Positions 1-8,816 of a DNA stretch of 64,000 bases are shown here, piece by piece. The translations under genes were made by a program, and so were the position numbers. A model generated the notes under the pieces. It made no database searches. It saw nothing but the letters and a program-made list of their open reading frames with translations, and was not told the DNA's origin. This DNA comes from a virus. How positions within the stretch are numbered: position 1 is the stretch's first letter; every line of letters starts with the position of its first letter. The stretch covers positions 3,310-67,309 of IMG/VR virus record IMGVR_UViG_3300025534_000008. The stretch is one strand, 5' to 3'.

Positions 1-699
1 ACTCTGTTTTTCTGCTTTTATTTTATTATAATATTGATTTATAGACTTTAATGGTCTACCATTAATTATAAACGGTTTTAATCTAACATTATTTGCCACC
101 GTTGCCAAATTATCAACACCAATATCAATTCCTATTATTCTATGAGATTCTTCTTTTGCTTCTGGCACATCTATCTCATATACTATTTCCATTACATAAG
201 AATTTTTTCTTGGTATAAATCTAACTTGCATCAATTTACCTGTAGCATTTGTTTTAAATTTATTATTTAAAGGTTTTAATGGTTTCCAGCTAAATCTTAA
301 ATAACCATCTTTTATTTTACATTTAATATTATCAATTACTAAAATATTTCTACCTTTTTCTTTATCTTTGTATTTGGGAAGTTTAGGTCTGCCCAAATAT
401 TTGTCCTTATTTTTGTTCCAATCTTTAATGCTGGCAAAGAATGATTTCCAATTTTTATCAAGTAGTTTTAAAGTTTGTTGACCTACATTACTGCCTAAAT
501 CTCTATATGGTTCAGAATCTTTTATAATGTTTGCTAATTCATTATATCGAATCCATTTATTATTTTTAATAAATTCTTGTCTTACAATATAATTAGCATA
601 ATTATATACATTTTTTGATTTAAAACACAAATCGTCTATGATTTTATATATGCCATCACTTTTTTTAATTAAATGTTGCTCAACTCTATTTACTTTCAC
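1..699 (-). CDS. tnpB: TnpB (IS200/IS605 OrfB) RNA-guided nuclease, N-terminal part, truncated by window edge
   Basis: Manual translation from GTG at 699 (RBS AGAAGGGAAG): MKVNRVEQHLIKK...LCFKSKNVYNYANYIVRQ...RPKLPKYK...GIDIGVDNLAT (RuvC-I Asp intact)...PFIINGRPLKSINQYYNK. Not in the ORF track. Confidence 0.92.
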   Translation of the reverse strand, partial: MKVNRVEQHLIKKSDGIYKIIDDLCFKSKNVYNYANYIVRQEFIKNNKWIRYNELANIIKDSEPYRDLGSNVGQQTLKLLDKNWKSFFASIKDWNKNKDKYLGRPKLPKYKDKEKGRNILVIDNIKCKIKDGYLRFSWKPLKPLNNKFKTNATGKLMQVRFIPRKNSYVMEIVYEIDVPEAKEESHRIIGIDIGVDNLATVANNVRLKPFIINGRPLKSINQYYNKIKAEKQS

Positions 700-721
700 A
701 ATATACTTCCCTTCTTATAAA

Positions 722-819
722 ATTGCATTTATATATATGTGCGAGTTGCAACTACAATATAGTCATATGCCTGATTAACTGCTGTTAGGTTATATTCACA
801 CGTATGTGCAAGTTGCAAC
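722..819 (-). CRISPR. Putative CRISPR-like mini-array: two 31-nt repeats around a 36-nt spacer
   Basis: Minus-strand repeats GTTGCAACTTGCACATACGTGTGAATATAAC (819-789) and GTTGCAACTCGCACATATATATAAATGCAAT (752-722), 23/31 identical; spacer 753-788. Only two copies. Confidence 0.45.
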
Positions 820-866
820 AGCACCACATTAAAACATAGATATATCAATAGTTTTAAATTATAAAA

Positions 867-935
867 GTGCGAACATCACAATTTTGTGTGAATTTTATTG
901 AATAATTTAGTTACGTTCGCACCAAATTATTCAAT
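867..935. other. Structured non-coding segment (hairpin plus possible pseudoknot) upstream of the mini-array
   Basis: ATTGAATAATTT (897-908) is the perfect inverse of AAATTATTCAAT (924-935); loop segment GTTCGCAC (915-922) is complementary to GTGCGAAC (867-874). Confidence 0.45.
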
Positions 936-990
936 TGGGTAAAACCCATACCCTCTATTCTGTTTTGTCAGAACTACTTTTTAAAATAAT

Positions 991-1161
991 TCACATATGC
1001 GTTTCTTTTCTTATTTCTTCTTCTATTAAACGTAATTGTTCGCTAGAAAAATATCCTTCTTTACACAATTGACGCAATATGCCTATTTTGAAGTTATTTA
1101 TTAACCCTTTGCGTTCTTCTTCGGAAATATTAATTTTAAGTTTTCCATTTGACGTTACCAT
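991..1161 (-). CDS. Small hypothetical protein (56 aa), SHOCT-like C-terminus
   Basis: RBS GAAAGGAG; MVTSNGKLKINISEEERKGLINNFKIGILRQLCKEGYFSSEQLRLIEEEIRKETHM; own promoter at 1184-1212. Confidence 0.65.
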   Translation of the reverse strand: MVTSNGKLKINISEEERKGLINNFKIGILRQLCKEGYFSSEQLRLIEEEIRKETHM

Positions 1162-1183
1162 TTTATCTCTCCTTTCATTATTT

Positions 1184-1212
1184 ATTATAGTATTTCATTT
1201 TGATTTTGTCAA
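1184..1212 (-). promoter_or_regulatory. sigmaA promoter
   Basis: TTGACA-17 nt-TATAAT on the minus strand. Confidence 0.75.
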
Positions 1213-1312
1213 TACTTTTATATTAATATTTTATAAAAATTTTGTTTACGGTTATTCAAGCTAACACCGAAAAACGCTTTAAAAATAAACTAAGGGGGAA
1301 TGTATTATTTTT

Positions 1313-1399
1313 TGGTGCAGGATATGGGACTCGAACCCATACGGTATTATTACCAGAGGATTTTAAGTCCTCTATGTCTGCCAATTCCATCAATCCTGC
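1313..1399 (-). tRNA. tRNA-Leu (anticodon UAA)
   Basis: Acceptor stem GCAGGAT/ATCCTGC, anticodon arm GAGGA-CTTAAAA-TCCTC, long variable arm, GGTTCGAGTCC T-arm, encoded CCA. Confidence 0.96.
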
Positions 1400-1466
1400 A
1401 TTTCAACTATCACAATTACAATATATCATAGTCTATTTTATTTGTCAATAATATTATATTAATATT

Positions 1467-1652
1467 TTAATTCCACCCTAATATTTTATATAATTCTCTA
1501 CACTTTTGTTTTTCTTGCTCTTTTCTATATTCCAACTGTTCAGATGTACAAATCCTATGCAGCCAACTCATAGCAATATGTTTCAATTCGTCTTTTTTGA
1601 AAGATACAATTATTTCATTTTTTGTCTCACTTAACTTTTTCACAATACTCAC
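1467..1652 (-). CDS. Hypothetical protein
   Basis: 61 aa ORF in the direction of the arm. Confidence 0.6.
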   Translation of the reverse strand: MSIVKKLSETKNEIIVSFKKDELKHIAMSWLHRICTSEQLEYRKEQEKQKCRELYKILGWN

Positions 1653-1730
1653 CCAACTTTTGAATCAAATCAACTTTTTATTTTGATTTTAAGGTTTTCT
1701 TATTGTTCAAGATTTAAGTATTTATTTATC

Positions 1731-1781
1731 GTGAACAATTCATCTCATGACTAAAGCCACGAGTGTTCACGCTTGACTTTT
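1731..1781 (+). mobile_element. Solo IS200/IS605-type end hairpin (remnant)
   Basis: CAATTCATCTCATGACTAAAGCCACGAGTG resembles the iscB-distal ends of both IscB elements and is followed 17 nt later by ATAAA; no nuclease gene attached. Confidence 0.5.
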
Positions 1782-2125
1782 ATAAATATTATATCAGAAT
1801 TATATTCTACATGTCGCATCCATCTATGTTGTGCTTTAGGAGTTATATTGTTGTTCTCCAATACTTAATAATTATACCTTTCTGTGAATTTTCCACACTT
1901 TCACCATCCTTTTAATAAAACCTATTTTCTGTTTACTTTCCTTCAATATAAAGATTTAATAAACGTATAAGACGGATTATATCTCCATTTTCCATTTGGC
2001 TAAAATCTGGAACTTTACCTTTAGAATGTATTATTAATGCTGTAGCTTTTTCAATTAACTTATTCCTTATTTTATCACCATTGTTAATATTTGTCATACA
2101 ACTCCCCCTGCAATCAAATCAATAT

Positions 2126-2524
2126 CTATGTTGTTAAACTTTGTAACCTATTTTGCCAGTATTCAATTTGATATTTAGCAAACTCAATATCATATTCTTT
2201 TTTTAAAGCATCATTTTCTTCTGCAATTGATTCTAAAAATTGCACAACCTTATCTACGTCATTTTTATAAGAACAATATAAACTTCTATTAACTCTATCT
2301 TGAATTGCATATGCTACATCTAAAACATCATCTTTTTTAGGATCAAAAGGTTTATCATATTTAAGTTCAATTGTAAAACCATTTTTTAATTCTAATTCTT
2401 TTGCTCTATCAGCAAAATCGTTCCAATGAAATATATATTGTGCTTCTTTTCTCTCTGGATGGCACCAATCAAAATATCCTTCATATCTCGTATATGTAAC
2501 AAATCTCTTTTTAGATTTTTCCAT
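2126..2524 (-). CDS. Hypothetical protein
   Basis: 132 aa ORF with RBS. Confidence 0.75.
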   Translation of the reverse strand: MEKSKKRFVTYTRYEGYFDWCHPERKEAQYIFHWNDFADRAKELELKNGFTIELKYDKPFDPKKDDVLDVAYAIQDRVNRSLYCSYKNDVDKVVQFLESIAEENDALKKEYDIEFAKYQIEYWQNRLQSLTT

Positions 2525-2550
2525 TCTTATATTTCTCCTTCCATTTTATT

Positions 2551-2787
2551 TTAATAATATACATTATATCCTGCCAATCTCAATGCTTTATTCCTTATTA
2601 TTCTACCAAACCTATTTTTATATTTTGATTTATAACAATCAACAATTGCTTTTGCTCCCTTATTATTTGAAATATGTACATGTTTATAATTACTTGGATT
2701 ATACACTGAATAATATACTGATTTAAAATCGTCATTTATATTTTTGTAAATTATAAATCCTCTGTAGTTATATGTATATAAACACAT
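2551..2787 (-). CDS. Hypothetical protein
   Basis: 78 aa ORF, RBS GGAGGGAG. Confidence 0.7.
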   Translation of the reverse strand: MCLYTYNYRGFIIYKNINDDFKSVYYSVYNPSNYKHVHISNNKGAKAIVDCYKSKYKNRFGRIIRNKALRLAGYNVYY

Positions 2788-2806
2788 TTCAACTCCCTCC
2801 AGTATA

Positions 2807-3553
2807 TTATTTTATTCTTAAATTATTCTTATTTGCCATCACCTTTCTGTCATAACTTCTACTAATCTGACTAGTCTTATTTTTATATCTTATAAGTCCA
2901 TTAATACCGAGATTATAAGAATTTAAACTATGTATTAATAGTTCTTCACCTTCTAACCCTTGATTTTCCCAATAGTCCTGATAGTTTTTATATACTGCTA
3001 TACCTCCTTCTATATTATGATATGGATTTTTAGGGTCAAAATCATCTATACCTGTAAGTTCTCCATACCATTTTATGTAGCTTTCTTTACCTGTATTAAG
3101 TTGCATGTAGCCTACGCTATAACCATCTTCAGACTGATTTTTGCTACTTACATCATGTTGAAAATTACTTTCTGTTTGCATGATACCTAATATTATTTCC
3201 ATATTAACACCATATTGATTGCATTTTTCCCTTATAAAATCTTGTAATTCGTCTGATAACGGTATATCATAATATGTATTCTCTATCTGTGTTTTTTGAA
3301 TTTCTTGTTTTAATATTATATTATCATTTTTATCTGAATTGTCAATAGGTTTTTCTTCTTGTATTTGTATTGAGGTTGGAATTAATATTTGTTCTTGTAC
3401 AGCTACAATATTATCTTCTACTTCAGCATTTGTTACTGTGTCATTTGGTTTGCTTACTTGAGTATATAATAGAACAATAATTTGCACAATAATAACTATA
3501 ACTGTAATAATACTAAATATAAATCTTTTTTTATTTACTAACTTTACTTTCAT
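2807..3553 (-). CDS. Membrane-anchored lytic transglycosylase (SLT domain)
   Basis: N-terminal TM helix, IMQTESNF catalytic Glu, GYMQL and YNLG motifs. Native start is ATG 3553 (MKVKL); the ORF-track start at 3607 lies inside the inserted element. Confidence 0.85.
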   Translation of the reverse strand: MKVKLVNKKRFIFSIITVIVIIVQIIVLLYTQVSKPNDTVTNAEVEDNIVAVQEQILIPTSIQIQEEKPIDNSDKNDNIILKQEIQKTQIENTYYDIPLSDELQDFIREKCNQYGVNMEIILGIMQTESNFQHDVSSKNQSEDGYSVGYMQLNTGKESYIKWYGELTGIDDFDPKNPYHNIEGGIAVYKNYQDYWENQGLEGEELLIHSLNSYNLGINGLIRYKNKTSQISRSYDRKVMANKNNLRIK

Positions 3554-3581
3554 AAAATTGTGGCTGTGGAGACACGTGACT

Positions 3582-4832
3582 TTAGTCATGTGAGGAAACA
3601 GCCACATCTATCCTCCTTTCCCATAATAATGTTTTTGCCTTGCTTATAAGTTTTAAATCTTTACAATTGGCACTCCTATGAATAACTGTACCATCAAGTT
3701 TTCTTAAATCAAAATAACCAGAACTGCGTCTACCGAATATAAAACATTCTTGTCCTTTGTATTTTACCTTGTCAAACAATCTGAATCCTTTTACTAAATA
3801 AGGAGCTTGATTTAATTTCTTTTTGTCGCCCTTTAATATATTGGCTTTATGAATTTGTCTATTGTGCCTTCTTACTTGCTTAATATAATACCAATAATCT
3901 AATCTTTTAACATTAGGATTACCACTTATACATAATGCATCAATCCTATGTTCTTTTGGTAGATTATTCTGTATTCTAGTGTTTTTAGTAATATATCCAT
4001 AAGTTATTTTTACATTAGAATATATTTCTTTGAGTCTATTATAAAATGTCCACCTCATAATCCCCATAAAAGCTGCATCTTTAAACGATTGACCGCGTTT
4101 TAAATTTAATTTTAATTTACCAGCATGATAATCTTTATGGCAACTTTCACACAAAGTAATAAGGTTGCTTGGGGAATTTCCACCAGTTTTCCTTGATTCT
4201 ATATGATGTACATTTAATATTTTATTTTTGCAACCCTTTTTACCTTGACATTTATATCCATCTCTCCAAAGGACATATTCTCTTACATTCCAAAATCCCA
4301 ATTGTTCTCCTTGTTGGTATTGTTCACCTTCTATATCGGGATTTTTAATCTTTTGTATATCAAAGGAAGCAACTTCTATTATTATTTTTGATATAGGCAA
4401 AATTTCGTGTATCTTACTTGTTATTTTTAAATGTGTTTGTATTTTATTTTCAACAGAAGGTGCTAACCAACCTTTATTTTTACTATAAACACGATTTAAA
4501 AATCTGGGTTTTCTATACCTTAATCTATTCCTTCTTGTACGTCTGAATTCTCTACGTGTAGATAGTAAGTCTACAATATCGTTTCTTAATTCTACTTCTG
4601 CTGAAAATAGCTCTTGCTTTTCTGTTGTAGCAGATACTCCAATAAATTTACTTCCTGCATCTATACCTAATGTTATATCCTGCTTGGTTTCACCAGTTGC
4701 GTATAATAATTGAATTGTAAATGGTTCTCTTTTTACTACTTTTGCCTTACCTTGTTTTAATAATTTTCTCGCTTTACTTGGTGTTGTAGGCATTAATGGT
4801 TCTTTTCTTTGATTAATGACATATACTCTCAA
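3582..4832 (-). CDS. iscB: RNA-guided endonuclease IscB
   Basis: PLMP motif, RuvC-I GIDAG, Arg-rich bridge helix, RuvC-II IIIE, HNH VHHI...NLITLCESCH, RuvC-III HRIDA. Confidence 0.96.
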   Translation of the reverse strand: MRVYVINQRKEPLMPTTPSKARKLLKQGKAKVVKREPFTIQLLYATGETKQDITLGIDAGSKFIGVSATTEKQELFSAEVELRNDIVDLLSTRREFRRTRRNRLRYRKPRFLNRVYSKNKGWLAPSVENKIQTHLKITSKIHEILPISKIIIEVASFDIQKIKNPDIEGEQYQQGEQLGFWNVREYVLWRDGYKCQGKKGCKNKILNVHHIESRKTGGNSPSNLITLCESCHKDYHAGKLKLNLKRGQSFKDAAFMGIMRWTFYNRLKEIYSNVKITYGYITKNTRIQNNLPKEHRIDALCISGNPNVKRLDYWYYIKQVRRHNRQIHKANILKGDKKKLNQAPYLVKGFRLFDKVKYKGQECFIFGRRSSGYFDLRKLDGTVIHRSANCKDLKLISKAKTLLWERRIDVAVSSHD

Positions 4833-5054
4833 GTTATGTCCTCCTTTCTGGAGTTAGTACCCTTAGACAATGTTACCTATACTTTTTACACTTAACTCAC
4901 TGTTCCTACCCATCAGAACTGTTTAAAGTTAAGCAACAGAGCTACGAACTAGGGTAAACATTCGTAGGTGTTATGATATAGGTAACGTAGCTTTCGCTTA
5001 GTCTAGTCAATAAAGGCTTTTGCAAGCCCGCCACTTTAGTGGTGGGTTATTGAC
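4833..5054 (-). ncRNA. omegaRNA (HEARO-type) scaffold of IscB element 1
   Basis: About 220 nt structured leader directly upstream of iscB with GTCAA start and the CTACGTT and AACATTG motifs. Confidence 0.85.
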
Positions 5055-5086
5055 GTTTTCCTCCTTTGTTTTTTTATTATAGTTAT

Positions 5087-5115
5087 ATATTACCATAATG
5101 CTAAAACAAAGTCAA
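5087..5115 (-). promoter_or_regulatory. sigmaA promoter of the SLT gene, now upstream of the guide and omegaRNA
   Basis: TTGACT-17 nt-TAATAT with TG extension. Confidence 0.6.
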
Positions 5116-5157
5116 CTATTATTATATTAATATTTTATTTTGATAAAAAGGAATAGG

Positions 5158-5451
5158 CTATTCGCCTATCATAGTAATTAGCCAGCTTTTTATATTATTT
5201 ACTGTTTCATCAAATGTCTGAAATGTTTTTCCATCCATCAGAGAGGAATAAACAATATTATGTACTGAATCATTTTTACTTATAATCTCAAAATGATATC
5301 TTTCACTAGCTGGCGAATAATAAATATATGAAACTATTCTAGTACGTCTATTAGTATGTTTCCAAGTTTCATATATATTTCTCTTTTTTATCTTTTTAAA
5401 TTTCATATGCCATTTCCTTTCTATTTCAATATGTATCATCGACAATGACAT
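5158..5451 (-). CDS. Hypothetical protein
   Basis: 97 aa ORF; true start probably the internal MKFKK. Confidence 0.65.
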   Translation of the reverse strand: MSLSMIHIEIERKWHMKFKKIKKRNIYETWKHTNRRTRIVSYIYYSPASERYHFEIISKNDSVHNIVYSSLMDGKTFQTFDETVNNIKSWLITMIGE

Positions 5452-5495
5452 ATGAAATTTTTATATGTATGTTATAAGAGCATTTACTAATGCTC

Positions 5496-5897
5496 TTATA
5501 AATTGTCGTGTATTAATCTTTTTACTTCTTCTATTATATCAATTACAAGTTGTCTATTTTGTTTACTTAACTCTGTACCATAATAAAAAGTTTTATCAGT
5601 TTGTGCCTGTTTAATTATATTATCCAACATAGTTCCTACATCATTATCTGGATATCCTTCTTTAATATCTATATTAATATTTTCAACATCAAACAATAAC
5701 CAGTCAAGAGTAACTTTAAATTTATTGCAAATTGTTATTAAACGAGTAATATCAATTGTTGTAATATCCTTTTTCTTACTTAATTCTAAACACCAGTCCC
5801 CTGATAAGCCTACAAACTTACCAAATTCTTGATAATTTTTAAACCCCATAGACTCTTTTAATAATTGAATTTTTTGCCCTACATTCATTGATGTCAC
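5496..5897 (-). CDS. XRE-family HTH transcriptional regulator
   Basis: GQKIQLLKES...QEFGKFVGLS...ICNKFKVTLDWLLF pattern. Confidence 0.8.
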   Translation of the reverse strand: MTSMNVGQKIQLLKESMGFKNYQEFGKFVGLSGDWCLELSKKKDITTIDITRLITICNKFKVTLDWLLFDVENINIDIKEGYPDNDVGTMLDNIIKQAQTDKTFYYGTELSKQNRQLVIDIIEEVKRLIHDNL

Positions 5898-6343
5898 CTA
5901 CCTTGCCATCTATGATTTATATATTCATTTGCTCCTACATATTTTTTTTGACTAAAAATAATATAATAATGCTTAATTTCTGCACTGATATTTTTTTCAG
6001 ATAGATAAATTAAAGCATTATCATTTAACATACATTCTTGCAAAATATTTGCATCTTCTCTTTTTAAATTATCTTTATCTATAGAAATCAAATACCAGTC
6101 ACTTTTGTTTTTATTTATTAAACTAATATTGTCTAAACCCTTAATCACATCTACCAAAACTGGATAGTTTGTACTTTCTATTAAATTAATCAACAGATCA
6201 ATTTGACACTTATTTTTTAAATCTCTTATTAAATCTAATCTATTATTGATTCCATTCCATATTTTATACGAATATCCTTTATTAACTAATCCTTCAATTA
6301 AAGAGTGAAGTACTTTTTCTTTTCTAATAAGATAATCAAGCAT
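5894..6343 (-). CDS. Hypothetical protein in repressor operon
   Basis: 149 aa, overlaps both neighbours. Confidence 0.75.
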   Translation of the reverse strand: MLDYLIRKEKVLHSLIEGLVNKGYSYKIWNGINNRLDLIRDLKNKCQIDLLINLIESTNYPVLVDVIKGLDNISLINKNKSDWYLISIDKDNLKREDANILQECMLNDNALIYLSEKNISAEIKHYYIIFSQKKYVGANEYINHRWQGR

Positions 6344-7376
6344 TCATTACTCCATCCTTCATATTTTTTAAATAAATTTCTACATCATCTTTAATCTTTA
6401 AATAATACCGTTCAGGATTTTCATCTCCATATTTATATCGCTTACAAATATCAATATAATCATCTTTAGTAAGTTCGCCTTTTTTATTATACATATCAAT
6501 AGCCATACTAATCATACCAGACATATATAAATTATGAATAGTAATAAATTCATTACCACACCAGCTTTGAATACGCTGCATTCGTGCATTGATAACTACT
6601 GGATTTAACTTATCGCATTTTGTATTACCTACTGCACAAAGGACATAATTTCCATATCTATTTATTTTATACTTTCTTGAATCTGTCCCGTCTTCCTCGC
6701 CAATTCCATTATTACTTAAATACTCTGTATCATTATATGTTTTTAAAATTAAATCCATCGTTTCTTGAGATACAGTCAGTTCTCTCATAGTACCATCATT
6801 TCTTACAAGTTCTAAAATACAATCCTTAGTATTTTGACTTTTAGGGTCTATTTGTAAATTTATAATTTCTTCTAATGTTCCACCCCTTACAGTTCTACCT
6901 CTAACTCCGACATAAGGCAACTCTAATAATAATTTATCTTGATTATTAACTAACATATTTTGATATTCTTTTAATTGAGTAGGAGAAATATATCTAAATT
7001 CAGTAGCTTGTTTTGAAACAAAACGTTTTGCTTCTGATTTAGTCAATGTATCAAAAACATTCTGCATATGAACAACTACGCCTTTTTGAATACAAAAATC
7101 TATATATCCTTTTATTCTTGATATAGTACTCATTACTGCTCCAATCGTACTATTTTTAAATTTCATCATTAGCAATTCATCACGTTCAGCTAAAGAAAAA
7201 TTATAAACAGGTTTATTTAATAATTCTTCATATTCATCAACTGCTACAAACGTTGGATACTCCGCTTTAGCAGTATCCAATGGTTTTAACTTTAAATAGT
7301 CTTTCTTTAAATTTTCATCAAATTTAAAACTCAAATTATCTATATTAAACTTTTTTAATTCTTTAGCCATTATCAT
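6336..7376 (-). CDS. SPbeta MrpR/YopR-like repressor (degenerate tyrosine-recombinase fold)
   Basis: SAM-like N-terminus, GVRG...EIINL box, HxxR replaced by HNLYMSG; follows a DGQHR gene as in SPbeta yopQ-yopR. Confidence 0.7.
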   Translation of the reverse strand: MIMAKELKKFNIDNLSFKFDENLKKDYLKLKPLDTAKAEYPTFVAVDEYEELLNKPVYNFSLAERDELLMMKFKNSTIGAVMSTISRIKGYIDFCIQKGVVVHMQNVFDTLTKSEAKRFVSKQATEFRYISPTQLKEYQNMLVNNQDKLLLELPYVGVRGRTVRGGTLEEIINLQIDPKSQNTKDCILELVRNDGTMRELTVSQETMDLILKTYNDTEYLSNNGIGEEDGTDSRKYKINRYGNYVLCAVGNTKCDKLNPVVINARMQRIQSWCGNEFITIHNLYMSGMISMAIDMYNKKGELTKDDYIDICKRYKYGDENPERYYLKIKDDVEIYLKNMKDGVMNA

Positions 7377-8731
7377 TCAACTCCTTCCTTAAATAAATTA
7401 TAAAGATTAGTTCTTAATGTTTTGTTGGCGTCTTTTGGATTTAACATCCCCATGTCTTGCCACATTTGATTATTCATACTAAAATCAATTGACTGCATTT
7501 TTTCTTTAAATAATTCTTTCCAATTGTCTTTATTTAATAATGCCCTGGATAATGCAACATAACCATAAAACATGTTTTTCCAGTTGATAAAGCTACTCTT
7601 TTTAATTTCATAAGGATTTTCTTTGAAATCATATGAATAAAGTTTAATCATATAATCAAAGAATTCAGCAAGCCATCTACCTATCATCCTAATATTATCA
7701 TTATCTTGTTCACCATTTTCATCTATTAATAAATCTTCATATTGCTCTTTTATTGCCAATGCTATATTAGATTTTTTTACTAATGCCTGATTATTACTTA
7801 TATGTCTATCTGTTTCTTTCATAATATCGAAAAGATTAGATTTCTCATCTTCCATAATACCTAACACTCTATTTTCTGCTTTATTATAATCTTTTGTCGA
7901 TAACCACTCCTCACTCATAGGAGTTTGCTTATTAATTTGAACCATTATGGCATGAGCTTTTATCTCACTAACATTATAAATTGTTATACCCCACACAACA
8001 TCCAAATCGGGATTTTCTGCTACAGCAAGAGAATTTGCTTCTTTTCTATGCTGTCCATCAACTACATTAATTACACTACCTTCGTAAACAGTTAATGTTC
8101 TATTTTTAGCATTATAAATCATTTTTTCATTGCCGTTTTTAAGTATATTCAATTTGATATGGTCTGGTTCATATGTTCCCTCAAGTAGTGATTTTTTTAT
8201 TTCTAAAACTTTTTGAGGATTAACATTAATCTTATCTCCTCTTTTAGTTATTTTAGGATTTCTTTGAGTATTAGGATTGTAAATAATAACTTTAGCATCA
8301 TTTAGCTTGGCAAGTTCTTGCGCAGAAATAGTACCTTCCCAGTGATGGTCATTTATCATATTAATGTTTCTAAAAACAATAGGATATATTTTTTCTTTCT
8401 CTTTTTCAAATTTAAAATACTCTAACTCATCAATTTCATGTTTCAAAAAATATTCAGACAAATTAATATTGACATCTAAATCATTTTTAAGTAATGCCTT
8501 ATTTAAAGCATCAGTAAAGAAAAATAACAGTTTTGTATCACCATTATCGTCAACTAATTGCTCAACCGAAGCATTACCCATGATGATTTCAGATGCCAAT
8601 ATTATAATTGCTGAATCTACATTACGTTTTCTTAACTCAATCCCGATATCTTCTTTGACTTTTCTATAGTCTATATTCTTTAAAATATTATTTATTTTTT
8701 GAAATAACTTTTCTTGATTTTCCTTAAACAT
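7373..8731 (-). CDS. DGQHR/DndB-like (ParB-Srx fold) protein, YopQ-like
   Basis: VVDGQHR motif, NPNTQR, 452 aa, synteny with the MrpR-like gene. Confidence 0.8.
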   Translation of the reverse strand: MFKENQEKLFQKINNILKNIDYRKVKEDIGIELRKRNVDSAIIILASEIIMGNASVEQLVDDNGDTKLLFFFTDALNKALLKNDLDVNINLSEYFLKHEIDELEYFKFEKEKEKIYPIVFRNINMINDHHWEGTISAQELAKLNDAKVIIYNPNTQRNPKITKRGDKINVNPQKVLEIKKSLLEGTYEPDHIKLNILKNGNEKMIYNAKNRTLTVYEGSVINVVDGQHRKEANSLAVAENPDLDVVWGITIYNVSEIKAHAIMVQINKQTPMSEEWLSTKDYNKAENRVLGIMEDEKSNLFDIMKETDRHISNNQALVKKSNIALAIKEQYEDLLIDENGEQDNDNIRMIGRWLAEFFDYMIKLYSYDFKENPYEIKKSSFINWKNMFYGYVALSRALLNKDNWKELFKEKMQSIDFSMNNQMWQDMGMLNPKDANKTLRTNLYNLFKEGVE

Positions 8732-8768
8732 AATATATCACACCTTCCCCTTATACCATATATGTATT

Positions 8769-8797
8769 ATTGTAATATATTATATCCAGGAAGTCAA
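8769..8797 (-). promoter_or_regulatory. sigmaA promoter of the yopQ/mrpR-like operon
   Basis: TTGACT-17 nt-TACAAT. Confidence 0.7.
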
Positions 8798-8816
8798 GAA
8801 ATATACCTTTATTATA

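Larger units (their letters stand above)
3554..5054 (-). mobile_element. IscB/omegaRNA element 1 (IS200/IS605 superfamily, no tnpA)
   Basis: Starts GTCAATAACCC with hairpin CCACTAAAGTGG; ends with hairpin CATGACTAAAGTCACG, 18 nt, then ATGAA. Confidence 0.88.

Noticed and set aside
1313-1399. tRNA as an attachment site
   Set aside because: No partial duplicate seen in the window and phage-like genes lie on both sides.
1242-1451. 69-aa ORF
   Set aside because: Antisense to the tRNA-Leu gene.
1-5100. tnpA transposase for the TnpB/IscB elements
   Set aside because: No HUH/Y1 or serine-recombinase motifs found; the elements are treated as non-autonomous.
7373-8731. Dnd phosphorothioation system
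   Set aside because: Only a DGQHR domain is present, with no dndA/C/D/E; synteny favours a YopQ-like role.
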